Source: a virus
Taxonomy: Duplodnaviria > Caudoviricetes
Length of the DNA: 64,000 nt
Direction: 5' to 3' (one strand)
Virus record (IMG/VR): IMGVR_UViG_3300012344_000020
Location: 1-64,000 of that record
Shown: in pieces, positions 1 to 8,152 of the stretch
Layout: the number at the start of each line of letters is the position of its first letter
Position numbering within the stretch: the first letter of the stretch is position 1
Made by a program: the position numbers and the translations under genes
The notes under the pieces: generated by a model
The model's input: the letters and a program-made list of their open reading frames with translations, nothing else
Database searches by the model: none
Told to the model about the DNA's origin: nothing

Positions 1-197
1 CACCGAGGAGCATCCACGGGCACCGGTGGCAGCCGGACACCACCACGGACACCACCCCCCCCCAGACACCCACGGACATATATATATATATAGATACGCG
101 CGCGAGGGCTTGAAATGTAAAAAAGTGTTTCATTTATTTAGATAAATATCTTATTTAGTTAAATAGTCTTTAATATAGAAAGAAATAGTATGAAACA

Positions 198-229
198 TTT
201 GGTTATTTGAATAAAACATACTACCTTTG
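198..229 (+). promoter_or_regulatory. Bacteroidetes sigma-A promoter for the early operon
   Basis: TTTG (198-201), N20, TACCTTTG (222-229), matching the -33/-7 consensus. Confidence 0.85.
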
Positions 230-386
230 CAAACGTAATCAAGAAACAAACAAGATTACAACAACAACGGGCGCTATATAGTCCTGGTTACCAGTTCACA
301 CCTACCTAAATACTGGAGCCCCGCCGGCGGCGCGAAGTCGGCAAAGAACAAGAAATAAAACGAAAACAAATTAAACAAAAAAGAGA

Positions 387-770
387 ATGAAAACGAACAA
401 AACAACATTTGTAGCACTCACAGCTATTGCAGCCCTGAACCCGGACGGTTATACCGTCGATGCAAAAACGCTCCAGCCTATTACACGCGGTTATTCTGTA
501 GCCGTAAAAGGCACACAAGACAGCTTCGAAGCTGCCGGCCTCCGTCACGTTATCGACTACCAGACCAAACATCCTGAATGCCAGGCCTTCGGCGGCTGGC
601 TCGACAGCAAGACCGGTCTATATTATTATGATGCTTGCATTATTGTAGGCACAAAAGCGGAGGCCATGGCCCTGGCAAAAGAGAATGCGCAAATTGCTTT
701 TTTCTGCCTCCATGAACTCAAGGAGTTCAACCAGGATGGAACGGTCCGCGTATCTGAGGAAAACAAGTAA
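387..770 (+). CDS. Hypothetical early phage protein
   Basis: 127 aa ORF with A-rich leader, first gene after the promoter. Confidence 0.8.
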   Translation: MKTNKTTFVALTAIAALNPDGYTVDAKTLQPITRGYSVAVKGTQDSFEAAGLRHVIDYQTKHPECQAFGGWLDSKTGLYYYDACIIVGTKAEAMALAKENAQIAFFCLHELKEFNQDGTVRVSEENK

Positions 771-779
771 GACAGTAAC

Positions 780-799
780 GGCCCGGCGCCGCCGGGCCT
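780..799 (+). terminator. GC hairpin GGCCCGG-CGCCG-CCGGGCC after the gene (terminator or processing site); near-copy at 2268-2286
   Basis: Perfect 7-bp inverted repeat followed by TATTA. Confidence 0.5.
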
Positions 800-981
800 A
801 TTAAAACAAACAAATATGATTAAGAATAAAATAAAGACATTAGGAGATTTCAATAATTGGAAAGGCGTTATTGGCCTTTATCTCAACTCTAAAGAATTGC
901 GAACTTTAAAACCTTTAGGAATCAATAAAAGCATGACGATTTCACAGGTTTATGAAATTTTAAAGTAGATGATTTGTATTT

Positions 982-1034
982 GGCCGTGCGGGTATTTAGG
1001 CCCGGCGTGGGGTTCGAGTCCCCTGGCGGCTACA
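982..1034 (+). ncRNA. tRNA-like minihelix, copy 1 (acceptor-like stem, one internal hairpin, T-arm)
   Basis: GGCCGT/GCGGCT stem, CGGGT-ATTTAG-GCCCG hairpin, GGGG-TTCGAGT-CCCC arm. Confidence 0.55.
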
Positions 1035-1073
1035 AATCACAATATTATAGTATCAAATTAAAATCACAAAATT

Positions 1074-1520
1074 ATGGCAACAAAGATTTTCAACCGTGTA
1101 ACTTACACATTCATGATCAACGGCGAGGCCGTTTCCTTCTATTGCAGCACGACCCGCACCCGTTCCGGCTTCTGCCATCACGTATATACCTGGGGCAAAG
1201 GTAAGGACGGCGAACACACAAGAATTTCTTATTACAACCGTACATGGGAGCGGTTCGATTACGAAACGGCCCTTTATGGCGCCGCGGACAAATTCAGGAA
1301 AAAGGACCGCGAAGCTATCCGGCTTGAAATAGACGGAATAGCCCGCACGGAACACGAAAAGGCGGAACGCTTTATAAAGGCTTTCGAGACTAATTATAAG
1401 GCCCTGAGCGACGAGCAAAAGAAGTTTGTGGCCGACCATACGCCGACCATCGAAACAAAGGACCAGGCGCACGCGGTCGCCGTCGGCGTGGGCCTTATGG
1501 CTGCAATAAACGCGCTGTAA
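1074..1520 (+). CDS. Hypothetical early protein
   Basis: 148 aa ORF starting inside the repeat. Confidence 0.8.
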   Translation: MATKIFNRVTYTFMINGEAVSFYCSTTRTRSGFCHHVYTWGKGKDGEHTRISYYNRTWERFDYETALYGAADKFRKKDREAIRLEIDGIARTEHEKAERFIKAFETNYKALSDEQKKFVADHTPTIETKDQAHAVAVGVGLMAAINAL

Positions 1521-1532
1521 GCGTACATTATA

Positions 1533-1585
1533 GGCCGCGCGGGTATTTAGGCCCGGCGCGGGGTTCGAGTCCCCTGGCGGCTACA
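1533..1585 (+). ncRNA. tRNA-like minihelix, copy 2
   Basis: Same fold as copy 1; a U-G pair becomes C-G in the acceptor-like stem. Confidence 0.55.
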
Positions 1586-1624
1586 AATCACAATATTATA
1601 GTATCAAATTAAAATCACAAAATT

Positions 1625-2260
1625 ATGGCAACTCCAAATTTTAACATGGCTAATTGCAGCCGCTATTTCGTGATAGGCACCAGCAAGTATATCACACAGG
1701 ACGACATCAACGCAAACGACTGGGACCAGGACATGTCGGGCCAGTACGACGAGGATCAGACCTATATAGATTTTGAGGACGAGAAAGAAAATATTGTGTG
1801 CGGCCTAAAATCAATAGGCTGGGACCGTTCCAACGGCGACGAAATAGCCTACAAGACAAAGGAGGTATATTATGGCGGGTGCCAAATATCACTCGAAATC
1901 ACGGCCGAAATCAATTCGGGCTATTATGAAGGCGCGTGCATGGACTTCGGCGGCAAAGTAACCGTGTACGACCGCGACGGCTACCAGGTAGACACTTACG
2001 ACATGTTCGGCAATTACGCACCGGACGAGGACACAGTAAGCGCCGACAACTGGACCGGGCGCCAGGGTTTATCCAACATTCAGGCTGCAAACATTATCCG
2101 GCACATGTCGGATATTATAGACGACCTTAAAAACGAGGCGGAAAAGGTATTTAGCCAGTACGCGGAACATGAATTGTTTTGCGCCTGGCATGCCAGCAAC
2201 GGCGAAGCCGGCTACAGCGAGGTGCCGACCCGTTTGTGCGACGAAAAGGCGACAGCATAA
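1625..2260 (+). CDS. Hypothetical acidic early protein
   Basis: 211 aa ORF, Asp/Glu-rich. Confidence 0.8.
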   Translation: MATPNFNMANCSRYFVIGTSKYITQDDINANDWDQDMSGQYDEDQTYIDFEDEKENIVCGLKSIGWDRSNGDEIAYKTKEVYYGGCQISLEITAEINSGYYEGACMDFGGKVTVYDRDGYQVDTYDMFGNYAPDEDTVSADNWTGRQGLSNIQAANIIRHMSDIIDDLKNEAEKVFSQYAEHELFCAWHASNGEAGYSEVPTRLCDEKATA

Positions 2261-2317
2261 CATCAACGGCCCGGCACGTCCGGGCCTATTATAGAAATAT
2301 TTAATACTTTATAGTTT

Positions 2318-2542
2318 ATGGAAAAAAACGAAAAAATGAGCCGCGAGGCAAGAGTCCTCCAGCTTGAGAATGCGGGTTTTAATTTCGCAAAGAATTATTT
2401 CACGCTTGATTGGTCCGAAACAGATATGCTCCTTGTTGGCATGAAGGCCGACGGGTTCCATTACGACTCGCCTCTGGGACGTTCACGTCTCCGGTCGTAT
2501 TACTACAGTTTGCAGCGTGCTGCCGCCAAACTTAATAAATGA
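2318..2542 (+). CDS. Hypothetical protein
   Basis: 74 aa ORF with TAATACTTTATAG leader. Confidence 0.7.
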   Translation: MEKNEKMSREARVLQLENAGFNFAKNYFTLDWSETDMLLVGMKADGFHYDSPLGRSRLRSYYYSLQRAAAKLNK

Positions 2543-2581
2543 TATACTCTATATTATAGACCTTTCAAATTATCACAAAAT

Positions 2582-3256
2582 ATGGACAAACGAAAATATA
2601 TGGACGTGCTGACACAGCACGCCGACGACCGCAAACGGCCGTATGAAATGGCGTTGAATGATTTTCTCGACTTCCTTTTGGACTTTTTCAGTGTGGACGC
2701 CTTCGCCGGCGATACGGTGCATTATCAACAGCACATTATAGCGTACGCGCAAAAAGAGCCGGATTTTACGACCCTGGCGCTCCAGTGGCTCGACGACGTG
2801 GCGAAAAGCATGGACCGTGGCCAGTGGCTTGATGCCTTCGGTGAACTATATGAGGAGATGTATTTAAGTCGCGGAAAAGCGGCTAAAACTGGGCAATTTT
2901 TCACGCCTCGGAGTGTGTCCGACCTTTGCACCGACATTATCAACGACCGCAAAGATAGTGGCACCGTGAACGATTGTGCAGCCGGCAGCGGCCGGCTCCT
3001 CCTGAGTCACTTTATGGACGTGACGAAAAACGACCATGCAGCGGGCCGACGTTTCCGCTACCTCGCCCAGGACTCGGATCCCGTGGCATGTAAAATGTGC
3101 ACAATGAACATGATGGCGCACGGCATGAATGCCGTCGTGGTGTGTCAGGACACGTTGGCCGTGAGTGTGCCGTCCGTAACGTATCACATCAACGAGGTAC
3201 GATACCCGTTTGCGACGCCCTATTATAGCGTGCGTGCGGAAATGGCGAAAAAATAG
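2582..3256 (+). CDS. N-6 DNA methylase-like (HsdM-type SAM-binding fold) protein lacking motif IV
   Basis: GQFFTP, NDCAAGSGRLLL and QDTL present; no NPPY/DPPY. Confidence 0.75.
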   Translation: MDKRKYMDVLTQHADDRKRPYEMALNDFLDFLLDFFSVDAFAGDTVHYQQHIIAYAQKEPDFTTLALQWLDDVAKSMDRGQWLDAFGELYEEMYLSRGKAAKTGQFFTPRSVSDLCTDIINDRKDSGTVNDCAAGSGRLLLSHFMDVTKNDHAAGRRFRYLAQDSDPVACKMCTMNMMAHGMNAVVVCQDTLAVSVPSVTYHINEVRYPFATPYYSVRAEMAKK

Positions 3257-3341
3257 TCTAACAAGCAATAAACGGCATATAATCACGTTACCTATATAGG
3301 GCCTCGCGCCCTATTATAGGACGGACTAAAAACGACAGATT

Positions 3342-3701
3342 ATGCACACATCAAAAACAATTTACTCCTACGAGATAGAGCAGCAGGACGGTCACACCGT
3401 CATCACGGCGCAGCAGTGGCCCTGGGCGGTACCCCAGGTAGTGCCAACTACCCCGGTGACCTTTGACGCTATTGTGGCGCAATGTAAGGACCGCGAAGGC
3501 TTTGTGGCTACCCACGGCACCGACCGCACATTTTGCATCATCCAACTAAGCAGCGGCGACCAGGGCGGTAAATATCCCGACCGGCACGTGGACATCTTCG
3601 GGCAGGAGACTGCCCGGCGATACCTCGACGCCGTACAAGACCAGATGGCACAGGCTGCCACATGGTATTACACTAATATTATAGAGCCTCGAAAATATTA
3701 G
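3342..3701 (+). CDS. Hypothetical protein
   Basis: 119 aa ORF. Confidence 0.75.
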   Translation: MHTSKTIYSYEIEQQDGHTVITAQQWPWAVPQVVPTTPVTFDAIVAQCKDREGFVATHGTDRTFCIIQLSSGDQGGKYPDRHVDIFGQETARRYLDAVQDQMAQAATWYYTNIIEPRKY

Positions 3702-3707
3702 GCTTTT

Positions 3708-3756
3708 TCCCGTCCCGGCAGTCCGGCACGGAGGTTCGACACCTCGGCGGGAACCA
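3708..3756 (+). ncRNA. tRNA-like minihelix with encoded ACCA end
   Basis: TCCCGTC/GGCGGGA 7-bp stem, CCGG-CAGT-CCGG hairpin, GAGG-TTCGACA-CCTC arm, then A-CCA. Confidence 0.6.
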
Positions 3757-3797
3757 TTCACTTTGTTTTCATAACAAAGATTTTAATTTGTTTTCGA

Positions 3798-3828
3798 GGC
3801 TTGCGCGGTCCGTGAGGATAGCGCAGCC
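3798..3828 (+). terminator. Hairpin with TCC-GTGA-GGA (GNRA) cap
   Basis: GGCTTGCGC..GCGCAGCC stem; related hairpins at 12695, 48138 and 59424. Confidence 0.5.
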
Positions 3829-3832
3829 AATA

Positions 3833-3882
3833 CGCCCACCGTGGACGGCACGGCACCAGGTTCGAGTCCTGGATGGGCGACA
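3833..3882 (+). ncRNA. tRNA-like minihelix, copy 4
   Basis: CGCCCA/TGGGCG stem, CCG-TGGA-CGG hairpin, perfect CCAGG-TTCGAGT-CCTGG arm. Confidence 0.55.
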
Positions 3883-3936
3883 AAAAGCGAGGAAATGAAG
3901 AAAATATCATATTTTATATAAATTCTTTATATTTTA

Positions 3937-3968
3937 TTTGGTATATTCAAAAATTCTTCGTACCTTTG
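3937..3968 (+). promoter_or_regulatory. Sigma-A promoter
   Basis: TTTG-N20-TACCTTTG. Confidence 0.85.
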
Positions 3969-4036
3969 CATCAGATAAAGAAAACAACTTAACAACAACT
4001 TAGAACTGGCGGCAACAGCAATTCGGCTTGAATGTT

Positions 4037-4330
4037 ATGGATAAGATTTCAATTTCTGAAGTTTTAGAGAGAGTTCGCAAAGGAGAACGTGTTCATCGGT
4101 TTTATGTAGAGAATGTTACGAACAGGGTGTTTCGGCATGACTACGCGACTACTCTTTTTGAGAGAAAGTTTATTGATTCTCGTTCGGGTGATGAAGTGAT
4201 TCAGCTTGGCAACAAGCGGGTGAACGTCACTGAACTTGGACGTCTTTTGTCTTGCGCACGAAAATATGACTACGGCATGGCGCATATCTGGATTGGCGAA
4301 CAGGTCTTGGTGGGTGAATTTTGCGATTGA
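4037..4330 (+). CDS. Hypothetical protein
   Basis: ORF downstream of the promoter; ATG chosen at 4037. Confidence 0.65.
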   Translation: MDKISISEVLERVRKGERVHRFYVENVTNRVFRHDYATTLFERKFIDSRSGDEVIQLGNKRVNVTELGRLLSCARKYDYGMAHIWIGEQVLVGEFCD

Positions 4331-4659
4331 AAAATATAGAAGTTTCAGCCCTCGACATCACGGTTAAGTCAAGGAAGATGAAGATATATAGAGAACTCCC
4401 GAAGAAGTATGTGAAGATGATGAAGCCGATGACGGACGGCGACCGAGCCACATGGAGCGGTCCCATTGCGGACGGCGCTTTTGTCTACTACGTCTACGCA
4501 ACGAGAGTGCAAGGCGACTGTGATAAGGTTTTTCGATTTATCAAGGAGGAACATGACGGGCTTCTCTCGGAGATAGCGACTGACACCTCTGGTCTCGGCC
4601 TTGATAGAGGTTGGGTGATGAGTAACGAGCCTTTTATTACCTGTGATCCCGTGTTTTAA
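4321..4659 (+). CDS. Hypothetical protein (start may be ATG at about 4378)
   Basis: 112 aa ORF. Confidence 0.6.
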   Translation: MRLKNIEVSALDITVKSRKMKIYRELPKKYVKMMKPMTDGDRATWSGPIADGAFVYYVYATRVQGDCDKVFRFIKEEHDGLLSEIATDTSGLGLDRGWVMSNEPFITCDPVF

Positions 4660-4673
4660 AGGAGAACGAATTT

Positions 4674-5114
4674 ATGACACAAGATAGATTTATACTTCAA
4701 CCATCCATGGAACCAGGCTTCTGGGTGGCCACTGACACGGAAAACGGTATCGTCATCAAATTTGCCGAGCACCGCTTTAACGATACTCAAAAAGTCACGT
4801 TGCTTGGCGGTGATGACTTTGCAACCGAGGCGGAAGCCCTGTCGGTGAGCACCCATTTGCGTGAGCTGGGCGATTGGTTGCGCAAGCATCATTACGATAC
4901 GATATTCCCTTCTGTGCATGTAAAACGAGAAGAGATGGGGCGTGACATTCGCGATTTGCGACAACAACAAGGCATGACTCAGGGGCAACTTGCGCAGATG
5001 GCCGGCATCACTCAGGCGAATGTAGCCAACATCGAGGCGGGAAAATACTCTGTCGGACTGGATGTACTCAATAAGATAGCGTTTGCGCTGGGCGTCACGA
5101 TTTTCATCAAATGA
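4674..5114 (+). CDS. XRE-family HTH transcriptional regulator with an N-terminal extra domain
   Basis: IRDLRQQQGMTQGQLAQMAGITQANVANIEAGKY is a classic Cro/C1 HTH. Confidence 0.9.
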   Translation: MTQDRFILQPSMEPGFWVATDTENGIVIKFAEHRFNDTQKVTLLGGDDFATEAEALSVSTHLRELGDWLRKHHYDTIFPSVHVKREEMGRDIRDLRQQQGMTQGQLAQMAGITQANVANIEAGKYSVGLDVLNKIAFALGVTIFIK

Positions 5115-5139
5115 TACATTTTAGAATACTTTATAGTTT

Positions 5140-5268
5140 ATGAAAAAAATCATCAAGTGCACCGTGGCTGCCGTGGCAGTCGTAGCAACAGGCGCCGTGT
5201 TATTCTCACTGATAGGCGTCGGCGTGTTCCTCCTTCCACTCTTAGGTGGAGCGTTCACGGCAAAGTAA
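5140..5268 (+). CDS. Small membrane protein (42 aa)
   Basis: MKKIIKCTVAAVAVVATGAVLFSLIGVGVFLLPLLGGAFTAK, with AATACTTTATAG leader. Confidence 0.65.
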   Translation: MKKIIKCTVAAVAVVATGAVLFSLIGVGVFLLPLLGGAFTAK

Positions 5269-5344
5269 CAAGCATTATTTATAGGGTCGGTGATTATTCA
5301 TCGGCCCGACAGAAACAAGAATACATTTTAATACTTTATGGATT

Positions 5345-5590
5345 ATGACTACAGAAGAAAAATATAAAGTTGTGGATAAGTGTATGGAGGATCCACATCA
5401 GGCAGCAATCAAGATTGTAGAACGCATGTTTAAGGCGCAGGGGTATGAAGAGAACCTTCACGAATTGACAAGCTATAAAAAACTGGTTGCAGACACGGAA
5501 CGACATATCAGTAACGCCTACCATAAGATAGCGGAATACGCCTCTTTGGATGTCTGGAATTGTGTGTATATGAACAGGAGAAATAAGTAA
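5345..5590 (+). CDS. Hypothetical protein
   Basis: 81 aa ORF with the conserved leader. Confidence 0.7.
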   Translation: MTTEEKYKVVDKCMEDPHQAAIKIVERMFKAQGYEENLHELTSYKKLVADTERHISNAYHKIAEYASLDVWNCVYMNRRNK

Positions 5591-5685
5591 TGACCAATAG
5601 CACGAAAAGCACTTTTGTTGCGTCTCGTATTCGTGACATTAGTGTTATTCGTTGTTTCTTTATTAACTAATAACAACTTAAACTT

Positions 5686-6657
5686 ATGCGTAAAAACCTA
5701 ACCTTTGCAGCTATCACGATGATGGCTATCTGCATGACAACATCATGCAGCAGTGACAACGACAGCTCTATTATAGAGCCAGTGAACAACCAGCAGACTG
5801 GCAACAAGGCACACGTGCGCCTGAAGGTCGGCACGGACATGGGTGTGAGCATCAGCAATGCGGCACGGCGCAAGGCTCCGGCTACACGCGCGGCACTCAC
5901 TGCCAACGGCCGCACGTTGACCGACCTCTACATCCTCGACTACGACAAGACGACGGGCAGACTGCTTCAGGTGCTCCACCAAACGAGCACGGCAACGGAC
6001 TTCGCAGAGCCGGATTTGACGCTCGACTATGGCGAGCACACGCTGAAGGTGATAGCCACAAGGAGTGACCGCCCTACCCTGCTGGATGCTGCGTCGGCAC
6101 CCTGGACGGCGACGGCAAACGTGCTCACGCCTGTGTCGGCAGCGTCTGTGCCGGTGGCTATCACGGCAGACAAGACCTCGGACACCTTTGGCGCACAGCA
6201 GGACATCACGGTAGGCACCGGGCAGGGACAGACAGTGAGCATCACGCTGGAGCGTCTGGTGGCAAAGCTCGTTGTCAACAGCACGGATGATTTTCCGGCA
6301 GAATGCTCCACCATCACGCTGGATATGGACGAATACAAGTCGTTCTCATGGACGGACTTCTCCGTTATAGACTGTGCGAAAAATCAGCGTATCACGGATG
6401 TGTCGGCATTGGCTGGACAGCACGCCACGACCATCAACTATTTCTTCCTGGTGCCGGACGGAGGATATGCTACTGACATCACGTTCACGACCAACAGCAC
6501 CACGGGCACGCCCTACTCCACTATCACGGTGGCAGACGTACCACTGGAGCGCAACAAGGTGACGACGATTACAGGCTCGCTATATAATCACCAGATGGGG
6601 TTTTCCGTCGCATTGAACGACGAATGGGACAGCGAAGGTAACGACATCAACATCTAA
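5686..6657 (+). CDS. Fimbrillin/Mfa-like surface lipoprotein
   Basis: Signal peptide with lipobox TTSC-SSDND; beta-rich; LERLVAKL and LERNKVTTITG motifs typical of Bacteroidales pilin-like lipoproteins. Confidence 0.7.
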   Translation: MRKNLTFAAITMMAICMTTSCSSDNDSSIIEPVNNQQTGNKAHVRLKVGTDMGVSISNAARRKAPATRAALTANGRTLTDLYILDYDKTTGRLLQVLHQTSTATDFAEPDLTLDYGEHTLKVIATRSDRPTLLDAASAPWTATANVLTPVSAASVPVAITADKTSDTFGAQQDITVGTGQGQTVSITLERLVAKLVVNSTDDFPAECSTITLDMDEYKSFSWTDFSVIDCAKNQRITDVSALAGQHATTINYFFLVPDGGYATDITFTTNSTTGTPYSTITVADVPLERNKVTTITGSLYNHQMGFSVALNDEWDSEGNDINI

Positions 6658-6675
6658 ATTTTTAATGGTTTAATC

Positions 6676-6734
6676 GTCATCAAATGAATCGAATGAAACG
6701 AATAACATTTGTGTCATTTGTTTCATTTGATGAC
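6676..6734. repeat. Palindrome of two 3x9-bp arms upstream of GxxExxY; third (right-type) arm at 7134-7159
   Basis: GTCATCAAATGAATCGAATGAAACGAAT-aaca-TTTGTGTCATTTGTTTCATTTGATGAC. Confidence 0.9.
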
Positions 6735-6751
6735 CTTTTAAACGGAATGAT

Positions 6752-7129
6752 ATGAGTAATGTTTTTTATAAAGAAGAATCGTATCTGATTGGTGGGGCCA
6801 TAATCGCGGTTCACAAAGAATTGGGATGCGGGTATCTTGAACGCGTTTATCAGGATGCTTTGGAATATGAATTTAAACTCAGGAATATTCCATACGAGCG
6901 CGAAAAGCTCATACAGATAATGTATAAAGGCCAGCCGCTTGGCGAACCATATCGTGCAGACTTTGTTTGTTATAATAAGATTATTGTAGAATTGAAGGCT
7001 GTAGATGAATTACAAGGAATACATCGCTCGCAAGTTATCAATTACCTAAAGGCGACAGGAATGAAGTTGGGCTTACTGGTTAATTTTGGCGAGGAATGGG
7101 CAAACGTTGAACGTATAGTCCGTTATTAA
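6752..7129 (+). CDS. GxxExxY protein (PD-(D/E)XK nuclease superfamily)
   Basis: LGCGYLERVY signature; RADFVCYNKIIVELKAV (D-x13-ExK); GLLVNFG. Confidence 0.92.
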   Translation: MSNVFYKEESYLIGGAIIAVHKELGCGYLERVYQDALEYEFKLRNIPYEREKLIQIMYKGQPLGEPYRADFVCYNKIIVELKAVDELQGIHRSQVINYLKATGMKLGLLVNFGEEWANVERIVRY

Positions 7130-7170
7130 AATGTTCGTTTCATTTGTTTCATTTGATGATTTTTATTACT

Positions 7171-7701
7171 ATGAATAGATGTTTCTTATTTATGATTGTT
7201 TCTTGTATGATGTCGTGCGAGAAGCCAGTGATTGATTATGCAGGTGAGGATGAACCATCAGTGGTGCAGCCAGATGATGCCAGCAGTGAGCATGCCGACA
7301 CGCTGATTGCAGTGAACGACACGGCGCGGTTCTATCTCTCGCCCATGGAGATTAGTGGTGTGATGCTCCAGGACTATCCTACCCCTTCGACACTGCTTGC
7401 AGGCTCCCGTTATAGGCTGCCCCGGAAATTAGAAGTCTCGCAGGTATTGAAAACCGTTGACCTGCCCGAAGGCTACTGGCAGAGCAAGCAGCGCATCTTG
7501 TGTTATGATGATCCGCAGGACGATGGCATAAAGGTAGGCTCTACCCTATTCGGCACTGGCTACTACTATACCTATGCGCCCCACGGCACCATTACCCGCG
7601 CCGGCTACCAGACGCAATATTGCCTTCTGCCTATCCGCACAGAGCGACTGCCTAAGCAGGACGGACATGTGAATATTACGGTGGATGATGAGTGGGAGTA
7701 G
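7171..7701 (+). CDS. Putative lipoprotein
   Basis: Hydrophobic N-terminus with MMSC-EK lipobox. Confidence 0.7.
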   Translation: MNRCFLFMIVSCMMSCEKPVIDYAGEDEPSVVQPDDASSEHADTLIAVNDTARFYLSPMEISGVMLQDYPTPSTLLAGSRYRLPRKLEVSQVLKTVDLPEGYWQSKQRILCYDDPQDDGIKVGSTLFGTGYYYTYAPHGTITRAGYQTQYCLLPIRTERLPKQDGHVNITVDDEWE

Positions 7702-7719
7702 TAGTGTATTTTCGTATCT

Positions 7720-8140
7720 GCATATCTTCATACCTTTAGACTTTTATACCTTTGTACTTTCGTACATTTATACCTTTGTACGTTAATATCTACTTATGTA
7801 CGTTCATACGTTTATACTTTCGTACTTATTTATCTTCTTACTTTCTTATTTATTTATGTTCTTACTTACATTCTTTCTTATCTATATTCCTACTTACTTA
7901 CCTATATTCTTATCTACATTTTTACTTATTTACCTATCTAAATAGGTTGATAAGTAAGAAAATAGGTAGGTAGATACAAATTTAACATTTATAATTTGTG
8001 TATGTAAGATATAATTCTTAATTTTGTATCGGAATACAAAGATAGTTATCTACTTTCGTACTTAAATACTTTCATACTTTCGTATGTTTGTATGTACTTA
8101 TTTAGATACGTTTGTGTGTTCGTATATAACAACTTTAATA
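7720..8140. repeat. Degenerate TAYY/8-bp-period low-complexity array upstream of parA, a candidate centromere (parS/parC)
   Basis: Runs such as tacttatt-tatcttct-tactttct-tatttatt, flipping strand near 7940; directly before the type Ib par operon. Confidence 0.55.
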
Positions 8141-8152
8141 CTTTATAGATTT

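Larger units (their letters stand above)
982..1632 (+). repeat. 100-bp direct repeat (982-1081 and 1533-1632, 2 mismatches), each ending in ATGGCAAC of the next gene
   Basis: Direct alignment, offset 551 bp. Confidence 0.95.

Noticed and set aside
982-3882. Canonical tRNA genes
   Set aside because: Only ~50 nt with a single internal hairpin; no D-arm plus 7-nt anticodon loop
7752-7973. 73 aa ORF (also 28276-28509, 35213-35464, 35234-35428, 37413-37817, 37490-37735, 50399-50581)
   Set aside because: Low-complexity translations of repeat DNA; 9-bp units keep frames open by chance
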